A stretch of 64,000 nt of DNA. Origin: Carcharhinus amblyrhynchos. Taxonomy: Eukaryota. Under the pieces are notes generated by a model. It saw nothing but the letters and a program-made list of their open reading frames with translations. It was not told where the DNA came from and ran no database searches. Location of the stretch: assembly GCA_965287045.1 (NCBI GenBank), contig OZ336887.1, forward strand, positions 22,692,001-22,756,000, given 5' to 3'. Made by a program: the position numbers and the translations under genes. Below are positions 22,288 through 36,025 of this stretch, piece by piece; position 1 is the stretch's first letter; the number at the start of each line of letters is the position of its first letter.

Positions 22288-24679
22288 AATGAGGAGGAGG
22301 AGGAGGAGGAAGCCGCCATCAAAAACGGCACCTGCTAAACAGAAGCTGCAACCTCAAATCATCATCTTGCAATGAACCAGATTAACTTCCTGAAAAGCAT
22401 TTCTGCAGATTACTATTCATGTGGTCAAGAATACTTACACATATTACTTTATTTTATAAAAACATGTTCATTGAACTATTATACACGGTGCATAAGATGA
22501 AATGAATCACAACAAAATGACATGCAGAAATAAATGTGACAAATAGTATTTTTGAAAATCAAATTTATTAACAAAATTAAAAAACAAAGGAAAATGAATT
22601 TGATTGTGCTAAATAATCTTACACCACAATCTGCACAATTCACAATAAAAGCTCAGTTCGTAACAAGCATGCCAGTATTTTCCTACGATTATGTTCTAAC
22701 AGCACAGTTTCAGTGTATAAATCTATTTTACCTTCTGTAGTTACAAAAAGAAATGCTACGAGAACTCACATAACTTCTCCATTTCTTGATGCAAAGTAAG
22801 ACTTGTTCATTTACACGTACCAAGATGAATTGAAATCGCCATGGATTTCAGTTATTGAAATGTAAGCTTCAACAGAATGGAATAGACCAAATACATATCC
22901 ATCAAAATGACGGATTTAAATCAAGCACTATGTTTTAAGTCATTTGGTAGTACAGAACTTTAATATAGCTGAAAGGGCAGATACGTTGCAGAAGTTTTTC
23001 ATCTTGCATTCATCAGAACAAACACAAGAATGCCAAATTTCAAACAATCACAACAATTCTACAGCAGAAGAGACAAGTCTATTCTGATTCTCAAGTAACA
23101 AGAAAACTATAGAATCCCCATGCTTCTGGGTAATTTAAAAAATATATTTAAATTGTTGCGTTTTGAAAATGTGTCCAAAATGGGAATTTATCTTTATTTT
23201 AAAAGCTGGCTGTCTCTCTTCAGTAAGGATCAAAATCAAAGACAGGAGACTGATAGCTGCATGCAATGAATCAGTGTCCTCTATTCAAAAGCTACTTAAC
23301 TAAAGGGGTATTTGATAGCTAACATATATAGGGCCATTTTCAGTTTTCTATCCAACAATAAAATAAGCAGACTTATGCTGTGACCAAAAAAAAACATATT
23401 TAATTTGTTTCATACTCGGTACAGCCCAAATATTGAATTTTACCCATATTTATGATGCCGACTGTGTTAAGCTTTACATAATAGTCTCATGCATTCTGTT
23501 TTTGCTCTTAAGTGTTTGTCGCTTTGTCTTCAAAACAAGTACAATCTTGGTCTATTTTTCAATGTTCCTCGATTCTGTCCTTAATAGTAATGAACTTCAT
23601 GGACATTTGAAGCTCATACATTCAATTTGTAACATAAAAGGAAATAGAAGACAGAAAACTAATCATTTCGTAAAGTAATTGTTACCAGCAGAGATTGCAA
23701 GGAACTGTTTGTTTTGGAATGTGGCAAATTAATTGATTCTACTTCTCCATGGTGTATTGCAATAAATAGTATCTGGTCTATTTGGCATTTTTGTTGGTAG
23801 ATAAATCTTGACTTTTTTTGTAGGCAGTCATCTGTTGGTGTTGCTTTTTCCACCTTTTCAGGTGACAACAGAACATGACGGTCATCTCACATATTCTCCA
23901 GCAAGCTATTCATCATGAGTCAAAACATGGCTGTATTAATTCTCATGTGGCAAATAATAAACATGTTTTGGCTCAGAAGACAGCAAGCTGACTGAAGGAA
24001 ACAGTAGTTTAATCTAAACACAAGAAGCCATTCAGAAGAAATCCAAAATTGTTAGTGCGGTTTCAAATTTCATTCCCTCCAGTTGTGCTAACATTTAACA
24101 TTCCATTGTTGATTTTGGTAGGTTAATCAAAGCATACCCAAATGTAGACATGATTCTCTCTCTGTAATAAAGGTCTTAAACCAAGGGCCATTTTTCCACT
24201 CCCCCTACTCCTCCTCCCACTGCCCACCACCCCTCCTACCTGATTTTCCAGATTTCCAATGTAGTATCTCAATACAGTGCATTCCCTTGATTCACTGCTG
24301 AATTTAGAAAACGTAAATGAGTAACTGAAAAGTCATTGGGAACAACTTCCTCACAGCACCCAAGTTATCTTCATCTTTCATTTTGTTTTATTGTGGCTGG
24401 ATGAACTTGCGCCATGGAACAGAAACTATTCAACCTAGAGTTGGAAATCCATAAAAGGTTGTTCCTTAGAGACATAACTTTTGTCCTTTTGAACCTCAAT
24501 TTATACATTTCTTTAGAAATAAAATGGAAAATAATTGAACCCGTTGTTCTGTTTGCGTCTGTACCGCTCAAGTGTATCAACAAAAAAATGATTCCTTGAT
24601 AAACACAACTGACATTTTTAAGTGCTGTGAAACCTTTTGAATCAAGACATAAATATTGTGGTTAAAATCAAGTATTTAC

Positions 24680-24868
24680 CAGCCGTATGAGGCATAAGAT
24701 TCTGTATAGTAATTCCTGAAGTCTAATAGCCTCGACTGATGCAGTAGAACTATCAGTATAGCTGGTTACACTCAGCCCTTCCTTGCAGTTATACGTCTGC
24801 TTGCACTTCCGCTGCCAGGCCTGCTGGTATGCTTGGTCACAAGACTCTCCAGGCCTTCTTTCAGCCAT
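24680..24868 (-). CDS. HELZ-like gene, first coding exon (exon spans 24680-24883)
   Basis: MAERRPGESCDQAYQQ...RLQELLYRILCLIRL resembles HELZ MEDRRAEKSCEQACES...KIESLLYRIASFLQL; acceptor ttgcag| 15 nt before ATG, donor CTG|GTAAAT. Confidence 0.88.
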
Positions 24869-24994
24869 GTTTCAGACCACAACCTGCAATAAATAGTTAC
24901 AAATTAATTGAAGAAACGTTTGTCCGATTGCTTTATACTAGTTTAAAAACAAGTCCTCTCTCATCTTTGCACTGTATCCAGGGGTACTTATTAA

Positions 24995-26063
24995 ATACTC
25001 AAAATAAAATGGGTCTTCTGATTGGCAGTCAGTGACTAGTGGGTTCCGCACAGATCTGTGCTAGGATCTCAACTTTTCACATTACATATTAATGATTTGG
25101 AAGAGGGAACTGAATGTATATTCTCTAAATTTGCAGATGATACAAAGTTGGGTGGGAGGGCAAGGTGCTTAAGCATTATTTGGACAGGCTGAGTGGGTGG
25201 GCATCTGCACAGCAGATGCAGTATAATGGGGATAAATGTGAGGTTATCCACTTTGATAACAATATTAGGAAGACAGATTATTACTTGAATGGATGTAAAT
25301 TGAGAGAGATGGATTATCAACGAGATTTTGGCGTCCTGAAAGTAAGCATGCATGCAGTTGCTGAAAGTAAGCATGCAGGTACAGCAGGCAGTAAAAAGGT
25401 AGCAAAATGGTATGTTCGCCTTCATAGTGAGAGAATTTGAGTACAGTTTTGCTGCAATTGTAAAGGGTGTTCATGGGGCCACACCTGGAGTTTTGGGTGA
25501 CCTTATCTGAGGAAGAATGTCCTTGCTATAGAGGGAGTACAGCAAAGGTTGACTCGGCTGATTGTTGGGATGACAGATCTGTCATACAAGGAGAGACTAA
25601 GTTGGTGAGGATTATATTCACTGGAGTTTAAAAGAGTGAGGGGAGTCCCATAGAAACTTATAAAATTTTAACAAAATTAGAGGGGGTAGATTCTGAAAGA
25701 ATGTTCTCAATGGTGGAGCAGTCCAGAACTTGCAGTCATAGTTTGAGGGTGAGGGGTAAACATTTTAGAACTGAGGTGAGGAGCAATTTTTTTCACCCCA
25801 AGGGTGGTCAATGTGTGGAACTCACCACCACAGAATATAGTTGATGCCAGAATGTTGTCTGATTTCAAGAAGAAATCAGATATAGCTCTTGGAACTCAGG
25901 GGATCAAGGGATCTGGCAGGGGGGGGGGGGGCAATAAGAATACTGAATTCGATGGAAGATCGGGATATTAAATTCGATGATCAGCCATAATCAAAATGAA
26001 TGGTGGAGCAGACTCAAAGAGCTGGATGGCCTACTCCTGCTTCTAGATTGTATATTTCTATGT
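24995..26063 (+). mobile_element. Degenerate CR1 LINE 3' portion
   Basis: [11 protein letters not shown] (~25125), KCEVIHF, CR1 3'UTR; contains a G14 run at 25919-25932. Confidence 0.9.
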
Positions 26064-29000
26064 AAGCTGCTTGACCCTCAGCCATAAAATAATTTTCTCC
26101 AATTACAATAATTCAGCTCCATTAATCTTCCAGTCATTTTCTTGCTGCAGAGGGCACCTGAATATCACTGACAGCAATACACGTTTATTTATGAGAACTT
26201 AAGAAAACACATGAAACCCAAAAAAAGTTACTCAATTTTTAACTATTTGTTATTTGATGAAATTAATGATTTATCATAATATCCAGATGAAAACAGAAAT
26301 AATTAACCATCTTTGTAAAACTCTTTTTGGGCCATCTTCAGTGCCTCTATCATTTTATGACACTTACAAAGTTTTCTAGGTATAAGATAATCAAGTCCAG
26401 TACAAGATGAGCAGAACTTCTCTACCGTCTTCCAAGAATTCAATGAAGCTAGTGAAGCAAGGCTTTCTCTTTGGAAATTCATATTTATGAGAAATTATTA
26501 TACATTTGATTTTCCTAAGAGAATTGATCTATAGTTCCTTGGTAATTCCTTCCTAAATATAGGCAGCAGCTAGTCTTCTGGTACTACACCTTTTTTAAAA
26601 AAGATATATATGAAATAGTGTCTCTGCCATTTCTTCTCTAAGTGTGATACAATCCATCCAAACCAGTGATTTTATACTGAGCTTTGATTAATTTATATAA
26701 CGCTATTTAAAATGTGGTTATATGACTTCTAATCCCAATACTGTATCATGTTTTCTTAATCCAACTCATTGGTTAAATAGTGAAATAAAATAATATTATT
26801 TCTTCCATTTTGCTATCCCTGCCTTTGGTTTCATTCTAATTGCCCTTTAATCTGAAACATTTCTAAGACTGTCTGTAGAATATTTTACTACTTTGTTTAA
26901 TGTTCATTGATAATTTATTAGTTCCTATTCACCTTCTTTCCTACTCATTTTCTACTCCCCCAGGTGTTGTTCTCCTCGGCTGTCCACATACACAGTGTCA
27001 TCCCCTTTCCTTATCCTCATTTTTTCCCTATATGTTTAGTCAGCCATAGTTTCTCATTACTGTCTAAGCAACAGAATACATTATTTCCTGGGTTCTGCTG
27101 AACACCATTTTAAATGTTTCCCAGTAATGTTTTACATCATAATTCACCATTGAACTGAAATACCTAAACTCCCATGGTGAAATTTGAACTCGTATTCTGT
27201 AGAGATTTAAACCAGGTCTCTAGATTGCGAATCCAGTAATGTAACGACTAAATTACCCTAACCACTCTTCTTCTTACTTCAACCCTACCATGTTTAAACC
27301 AAGGTGTAAAATAGAGTTTTCTACTCCATCTCATTTTTTTGACAGTAGTTCAAATGCAAAATTCTCATGACCTCGCTGTGCAGCATTTTGGGAGTTACTC
27401 ACCATTACTAATTAATTTACCTCATCTTCTATTTATTATTTTTAATCTCTGCTGTAGTCTTCCAGATTTTAGGTCTTCATCTCACACAACTAAAAAGTGA
27501 AATTAATTTGGATAGGTGATGGAGTAAGTAGCGCAGTTGTTACAAGTGTGTAGACAATAGTTTAATACCTAGCACTCAGTTGACAGTGTCATTTAGAGGT
27601 CATGGTAACAGTTAACATTAAGGAGACATCTACTACAGTTGGTGAGATTGCCCACTCGGATGGGATAGACATAGATCATTGGAACCAGAGTAAGAAGAGG
27701 ACTTAATTCTATACTCAGCCCATTCCATAACCGATGACAACATCACTGGGAGCCGGAAGAAATTATTTCCAACCTTAATGAGAACAAAAAAGTCCATATC
27801 TTCATAAATCTATTTTGCCCTAAGCTTCCTCATTAGTGCTTTCAGCTCATCCCATGTGAAGCTTTGAAAACAAAAACAATTCAACTGATGAAAGTAAAGA
27901 CAAGGTTGCTTACGATATAGACTATACAATTACATTAAGCCATTAAATGCATTGACATACTGCACCATCTTCCATCCTCACGCAAGCTCAAAGTTCAAAT
28001 GGATTGTTAAGATGGTGGAACAGGGAAGAGGGATGTGGATGGTGTCTGGTACACAGAAAGAAAAAAGGATAATGCGAAACAAGTGGAGAGAGAATCAAAT
28101 TGGGGAGCTCTATTTACCGTTCAAAAAAAAAGCAGGTAGACAGGAAATCTCAAATCAGGTCAACGCTTGACAACTCTCAGTCCAGACACAGGTGGGACAC
28201 TTAAAATCATCCATACACAAGCACTGCCACAATCTATTTTAAGTTATGTAGTCCCAGGTGGTTAAGTGTCTGATCAGTCTATTATGTATTTGCAGTTGTA
28301 TCACACAACAGAAATGGCAAGAAAAGAACTGGCTTTAAAAAAATCTGCCTTCTCTTAGCAATGGAATGCAAAATAAAATGTTGGTACTGGTCTATCATTT
28401 CTCTTGAATTAAAAAAATTGTCTGCTGTAAAGGATATGGCTTGGATAAAGCATGCAGAATATACACAGTAACTCAAAATTAGGAGATCTGAATATTTTAA
28501 TATATATTTTGGGACAAGCAGCAGTGGAAAGGGAAAAAAATGCACCCATGGAAATGTAAATCTCATTTTAAAAGGCAAATTATTCCTCAGAACTTATTAA
28601 TTCTTGTCACCTAACTACCTGCTAATGAAAAATGGTACAAATTGCACTTCAAAATCTCGAAAATGGGTAATATGATGTACAAAATGCATTTTGAGAGTCT
28701 AAACTGACATGGGCCTCTGGACAATGGACAGCCAAAATAAAAGCTGTCAATTTTATCAGCATATCTCTTACTACATATAAAGCTCCATTCACAAAACTAC
28801 CTATTTGACTGACAGATACATGGAAGTGATCACAATGCATAAATGACACTATGGAGCACAGATAAAACTCCCAAAACTATTAACTGAAACCCAAGGTGTA
28901 TTCTAAACCAACTGTTATTTTTCTTTTCAGTGACTCAATATAATTCCTGAAGAGTGGTTTCATTCAGCATTTGGCTTTTTCCTCAGTTGGCTCTATCTTG

Positions 29001-30229
29001 ACACAAAATAATATCCAGGTAAATTAAATGAATTGTGATTTAATCATCAAACACAGAGTTTACTAAGTAGCAATTTATAATTCAGAACAACAAACGTTAA
29101 TCGTATTTCTCAGTAACTTTGAGTTTGCCCAATTCAAGTTGATTCTTTTTCCTCCCAACACCTCACTGGAGAGGAGAAAGAAAATAACTGGGCCCACTGT
29201 TCTGAGAGGTGAATGAGGCATATGGATGTACAAGAAATAAAGTTTGAAATTAGAAATTATAGAGAAAATATATTTCAAAAATCCAGCAATAGGCTGTATG
29301 AATAACTCTTAGAGGCAGGGAACTTTCCAAACCATTTTATTCCCACATGAAAATTTTGAAATTGAGCTCCCCTGCTAGGCTATTCCAGTGATGAGACTAA
29401 GACACATTAGAATGATTTCAATAGCAAAAAGGAAGCAGCACAGATTCAAACTAACTTACTGGCTGAGCATATTGCTCTGCTCTACAAACATTCATGCATA
29501 ACTTTGAAATTCTAAATGACTGCCACACATGTATGAAAACTCATACTCCATCTTATTTATAACTGACTAATGAAATGGCCCAGAAGACCATTGATTTCAT
29601 TGCAGGATCCCAAATTAAAAGAACATTTCAAAAGAAATTTAACAGAACAACTTATTTTCTTTTATTGAAGAAAAGGGGTAGGGTACAAGGAACAAAAATA
29701 GCCTCCTTGACTTTTCCTTTCCTTCATGTTGAAATTCAAACCAGTGTTTGTAATTGTAGACGTCTTGTGACATCATCTATTGCTTAAGGGAAACATCACA
29801 GCACCCCAACTCTAGCACCACTTTCAAAAAAAGTTACTGTCTCACGCTTTTATTCCACTTGACCCTTCGATTCACTGCCTTCAATGCTGGATATCTCTTC
29901 CCTTATCTAGTTCACTTATTTTATCCTTTTCCCTACACAACAACACACCCCTCCCAATAAAGCACCAATATAATACTGTACTTTAAAATTTACTTTAAAA
30001 TATTAAATCAATAAAAACTACTTTTTTGATAAATGATTCACTATTTATTTAGGAGGTTCAGTAGTCATCATGGTTCAATCTAGTACTGGTTTAAACTACA
30101 AAGGTTCCTTATCAAACAGGTTCCAAATATCACTGTTTATCTCAGAATGTCATAAATTGAATGCTAATATTTAAACCTGTGAATTAGTGAAAAATGTTTA
30201 CAAGTACCGTTTACAACTTTAAGTGTTTT

Positions 30230-30790
30230 GGGATATCCTGAGATCAAATCAAGGATTGCTAAAAGGATTTCAACTAAATGCATTCATCAACAAAGGAAAT
30301 TTACTTCAATGTTGTCATTTTAAAAGACCTTTGATAAGATGTCACATTAGAGGCTTATTGATAAAGTTAGACAATATGGCAATCAAGGAAGTGTCACAGT
30401 ATAAATGGAAAACTGACTGTGAGACAAAAAATATTTAAAGGTCTTTTCAGATTTGAGAGAAGTAAACAGCGGCATCCCCAGAGATCATCATTGACAGCAT
30501 TACAGTTCTTAATAAATAATCTGAACTTGAATATAGAGGCACAACATCAACATATGCAAATAACACAAAAATGAGTTTCATCAATTGTGAAAAGAACTGA
30601 ATGTTATAGACAAAGTACACTTTGCCAGATGAAATGCAATGGAGAGAAATTGGGTTATACGTTCTAGGAGAAAAACTGAAACATGCTGACAATAGTTAAT
30701 AAAGCTTATAAAATGAGCAAGGAGATTTGGCATACACACATCTTTGCAACTTATATTAAATGCAGAAAAACATAAGAGCCCAGATGTTAT
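30230..30790 (+). mobile_element. Old CR1 RT fragment
   Basis: Residual RT-like motifs (CCTTTGATAAG, GGCATCCCCAGAGATCA, ATATGCAAATAACACAAAA). Confidence 0.5.
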
Positions 30791-31987
30791 AACAGCAATG
30801 AAAATAAAATTGTCAGCACTTGCTATTATTATTCCACTGAAACTGACAGTAACTTCTGGAGTCCACACACAATGACAATGTGGAAATCCAGAAGCCACTG
30901 TCAATGATTCCATGTTTTCCCAGGGTGCCCTGTTGAGATTGCAATGGAAGTAAACTAAATTGATGAGAACTTTCACTCTTATATTTAGTTTCAATGACAT
31001 TGAAAAAATCCTTGAAAGTTTCTTAAATGACTAACTTCATAACTACTGGGAAGCACCCTCACTGGCTCTGAAAAGCTAATTTTATCTGTAGAAGTCAGTA
31101 ATTTTAAAAAGGTCCACGCTTTTAATTTAAGAAAAACACTACATCTATTCCACACATTATTTTTCTACCCAAAATTTTAAATTTAAAGTGAAGGATATCA
31201 AATATTTCCAACTTGTTGGTTGCAGTATGTGAAATTTGACTGTTTGCTGACATTAATCATTACTCCTCCATACCAATACGTTCTTTTGACTTGGTACCAG
31301 TTAAACAATGTTGGGAAAGGAGAAAACCACACCATGGAAGTTTCCAAGATCTCTTTCTTCAAGCATGTGGCCTTGCTTAGTCACAGGCTGCAAAATTTGG
31401 GCACAGAATCAAAAGAAATCTATCAGGGTAACTGATCTAAAATTTGGTCAAAGGGTGAGGGAGTTGGAACAGTATTGCAGGAGGGGAGAGAAAGAACATA
31501 AGGCACTAGAGGAACATGAGCCAATGTAGATTTCCAAAGACTGGGAAATAGAGAAAGCTGGACACTGCAATGATAGGATATAGGCAGTAATGTTTTCAGG
31601 AAGTGGAAGATTAGATGCCAGCCATAGAAATATTGGAATGATTGAGCTTGGAACTGATAAACGTATGAATGAAAGTTTCAAATGCAGACAGAAAACGTCA
31701 GAGGTACAGGTGCGTAATCTTTGAGATAGAAAGGACATGGATCAGAAACAAATCTCAGATATAAATTGAATGCCAAAGTTGTCTACAATCTGTTTCTGCT
31801 TGAACACGTAAAGAGAAAGTGGAGGGTGCAATGTATGGGAGGAGTTAGGTGAATAAAGTCACTGCCAAAAGGATACAAAATGCATAGTTGGGTGAAAATT
31901 AAACTTTGGGAAAATGAAAATGTATAAGTGCAACAAGTTATGGCTCAGCCAAGACTGAATGTTGGACAAGTATCTTGACAGTAAATA

Positions 31988-32200
31988 TAAAGTTGCCATA
32001 GTCCCAGATGACCATAGGCTGCTCTCCGCTTTGAGGAGGGTGGAGTTGACTGGTAATGATTTAACCTGACGGTCACCACACTTCAGGGGTGGGGAAATGT
32101 TGAGAAGGCAGGGCCTCCATGAAGAACCTCAGCAGGTATGGGAATTGAACCCATTGCTGCACATTACAAATCAGCCATCCAACCAACTGAGCTAACCAAC
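31988..32200 (-). mobile_element. tRNA-derived SINE inserted in an old L2-like fragment (~31400-32370)
   Basis: Reverse strand reads TGGTTAGCTCAGTTGGTTGGA..GGGTTCAATTCCC (A and B boxes) followed by a non-tRNA body. Confidence 0.7.
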
Positions 32201-33039
32201 CTCCTGCATCTTGACAGTACAGATGCAGTGGAGGGTTAAGAGAGATCCTGCATAGTTGAAACCAAATGTGATCGAAACGTGTGTTCATTGTGGGAAAGTA
32301 AAAGGGAGAATTAGCTTGCAGTGACAGCCAAAAGTTGATGAAGCGATTTAAGAGGCCTCTGGTTTCATGATTAAAAATATACAGCACAGAAGCAATTGAG
32401 TAATGCTTAGCCTACACCAATCATTTGTTTGTCTTTAGTTACAATATCATTTTCAGTTTTGGGCACTTGGCTTTAGGAAGGATGTCAATACCAAGGCAAA
32501 GGTGCAGTAAAAATTCATTGCTGTTTGGGATAAGAAGATTAGTTTAAGAGCAGAGATCATAGAAATTGGGATTTTACATTGGAACAAGGATGTTAAAAGC
32601 AGTGTTCAAAATGATATAATGTTTTGATAAAATAAACTAACAATTTCCACAAGACAATAAATTGATAGAACAGATTTATCAACGGATGAAGGGAGAACTA
32701 GAAGTTTATCTTGTGACAGCAGTGTTAGTAGCAAACTTGATAAGAACGTACGAATAGGAGAAGGATTAGGTCATTCAGCTGCACAAGCATGTTCTGCAAT
32801 TCAGTAAGGTTATGGTGGAACTGAATCCAGCCTCAAGTCCACTACCTCAAAATCATGGACTCCCTTGTAGATGAAAACTCTGCTGAAGCTAGCTTTGAAT
32901 ATATTTAATGATTCAGCCTCCACTGTGTGGTAGAGAATTCCAAAGGGCAAACGGCCAAGAGATGAAATTTCTCATCTCCATATTAAATGGAAGACCCCTT
33001 ATGTTTCAACTGTGCCAGTTAGTTCTCGATTCGTCCGCC

Positions 33040-35500
33040 ATTTGCAGGATGTAGGTGGTGCTGGCTAGACCAGAGTTTGCTGCCCCTCCCTAATTGCCCT
33101 CAAAAAGGTGATGGTGAAGTGCTGTTAGGAAAGGAGTTCCAAGATTTTGATCCAGTGAATGGAAAGAGATATAGTTCCAAGTCAGGATGGTGCCTGCAAG
33201 TGGTCGTGTTTCCATATAACCACTATACTTGCCCTTTGAGGTGATATGAGGTTGTAGGTTTGGAGGGTATCAAAAGAACTTTGCCAAATTGCTGCGATAT
33301 CTTTGGACCTGTGTGCCAATCAAGCAAGCTGCTTTGTCCTGAATATTGTTGAGTTTCTTGAGTGTTGTTTGAGCATACACGATCAGAAGGACGTGACTGC
33401 ACTGAAGAGGGTGAAGAGGAGGTTCATCAGGATGTTGCCTGGGATGGAAAGTTTCAGCTATGAGATTGGATAGGCTGGATTTGTTTTCCTTCAAGCACAG
33501 AAGGCTGAAGGGGATCTGATAAAGATAAACAAAATTATGAGGGGCATAAATAGGCTAGATTATAAGAGTATTTTCCCCATGGCAGAAGTGTCTAAAACCA
33601 GAGGGCATAGGTTTAAGGTGGGGAAGGGATCGGAGGAAAATTCTGTTAACCAAAGGGTGGTGGAAAAATGGGACATGCTACTTGAGGGGGTGGCGGACAG
33701 GCACTCACACAGCATTTAAGAAGCACCGAGATAAGCACTTAAATCACCAAGGAGTTGTAGGCTTTGGTATATGGGATTAACATAGATTGGTATTTGATGG
33801 CCGGCATAGACAGTGGGCCGAAGGACCTGTTTCTGTGCTGTATGACTACGACACTCATCCAGGCAAGTGGAGAATATTTCATCATGCTCCAGACTTGTGC
33901 CTTGTAGACGGGGGAGAGGTTTTACTGTGTCAGGGAGCGAGTTATCCACCACAAAATTCCCAGCCTCTGACCTGCCCTTGTAGCCACAGTATTTGCCTGG
34001 TCCAGGTCAGTTTCTGGTCAATGCTAATTCACCCCAAGGACATTGATTGTAGGGGATTCAGCAATGGTAATGCCATTGAATGTCATGGGGAGATAGTCAT
34101 CATGTGGCACAAAAGTTTTTTTGCCACCTGTCAGCCCAAGCCTGAATATTTTCCAGGTCTTGTTGCATATAGGCATGGATTGCTTCAGTACTTGAGGAAT
34201 CACGAATGGTACTGAATATAGTGTAATTGTCTACAAACATCCCCACATCTGACCTTATGATGGAGGGAAAGTCATTCACTGATAGCAGCTGAATATTAGG
34301 CACCAAGGAACACATACACCTTCCTTTCTGCTAGGTATGACTCCAACTAGTGGGGTTATCTTACCCAATTTCCATAGACTTTGCTAGGTCTCCATGATGC
34401 CACACTTGATCAAATGTCAAGGACAGTCACTCTCACCTCAGGAGCTCAGTTCTTTTGTTCACAGATCAAGACTGTAGTGAGGTCAGGCGCTGAATAGCTC
34501 TGGCCGAAAGCAAACTGAGCATCAGTAAACAGGTTATGGCCACTTGGTAGCATTGTTGATTATACCTTAATCAATTTGCTGATGGTTGAGAATAGACTGA
34601 TGGAGCATAATTGGTCAGGTTGGATTTGCCCTGCTTTTTGTAGATGGGAGATACAGGGACAACTCTCCACATTGTGGGCAGTTGTCAGTGTTATTGCTGT
34701 ACTGCAACAACGTGGCTAGGGGTATGATTAGCCCTGAAGCACAAGTCTTTAGCACTATTGCTGGAATGTTGTCAGGACCCAGAGATTTTGCAGTATCTAG
34801 TTACTTCAGGTGTGGTGATATTTGTCAAATTCACTGAAGACGGATATCTGTAATGCTGGGAATCCCAGTAGGAGGCCAAGATTAATTAACCACTCAGCAC
34901 TTCTAGATGAAGATAATTACAAATGCTTCAACCTTGTCTTTTACACTGATGGACTGGCCCTGCCATCATTGAGGATGGGGACATTTGTAGAGCCTCCTCC
35001 TCCATGTAGTTGTTTAATTGCCCACCACTATTCATGACAAGATGTGGCAGGGCTGCAAAGTTTAGATCTGATTCATTATTTATGAGATCATTTAGCAATT
35101 CTATTACATCCTGTTTGGCATACATGTGGTTGTGTGTTGTAGTTTCACCAGATTGATGCTTCATTTTCAGATATGTCTGGTGTTGTTGCTGCTACATCCT
35201 CCTGTACTCTTCATTGAACCAGGATTGATCCACTACCTTTTATGATAGACTGAGGGATATGCTGGGCCACGAAATTTCATATTGTGGTTGAATGTAATTC
35301 TGCAGGTGGCCCACATTGACACAGGAATACCCAGTTTTGAATTGCGAGATCTGTTTGAAATCCATCCCATTTAGTATGGTACTAGTGCCACAAAATACAA
35401 TGAAGGGCATCCTCAATGTTAAGATGGGATTTTGCCTCCACAGTGCAGTGGTTACGCCAACCAACTGTCATGGACAGATGTATTTGTGACAGGTAGAGTG
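33040..35500 (-). mobile_element. Degenerate LINE sharing its tail with SacSINE1-like SINEs, interrupted by a + strand CR1 at ~33378-33850
   Basis: Minus frames INDFPSIIRSDVGMFVDNYTIF..QQDLENIQAWADRWQ (FADD-type RT) and LNNIQDKAACLIG; nested CR1 frame SKTRGHRFKV. Confidence 0.8.
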
Positions 35501-35504
35501 GTAT

Positions 35505-36025
35505 ATGTTTCAATAAGATCACCTCTCATTCTTCTAAACTCCAATTAGTACAGACTCAACCTGCTCAACTCTTCCTCACTAGACAACTCCTTCATCCCAG
35601 GAGCGAGCCAGATTCATCACTCCAGATCATGAATGTAGATTGCAAATAGGTGACGCCTCAGCACAGATCCGTAAGGCACCCCATAAGTGTGATTTGCAAA
35701 CCTGAGCATTAATTAGCCAAGAGTTAATCCATGTTATTCACCCTAACACCATCTTGGGTAGTAACCTTTTATATGATACCCTTTTGAATATCTTTTGTAA
35801 ATCCAAACACACAAGTTCCCCTTTATCCACTCTGTTACATCCTCAAAGTGCTGTAATAAATTTGTAAAATTTTAAAACCATACTGACCTTCCTGATTGAT
35901 CTTCTAAATGTGCTGCTACTGCTTCCTTAGTAATGTTCTCTAGTATATTCCCAATGACAAACGTTAGGCCAACTGGCCTACAGTTTCTTGCTTTCTGTTT
36001 CCCTCCTTTCTTGAATAGGGGTGTC
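35505..36025 (-). mobile_element. CR1 fragments
   Basis: TPLFKKGGKQKARNCRPVGLTFVIGNILENI is a CR1 RT motif. Confidence 0.8.

Noticed and set aside
25919-25932. G14 run as a functional G-quadruplex
   Set aside because: A homopolymer expansion inside a CR1 3' end; no other support.
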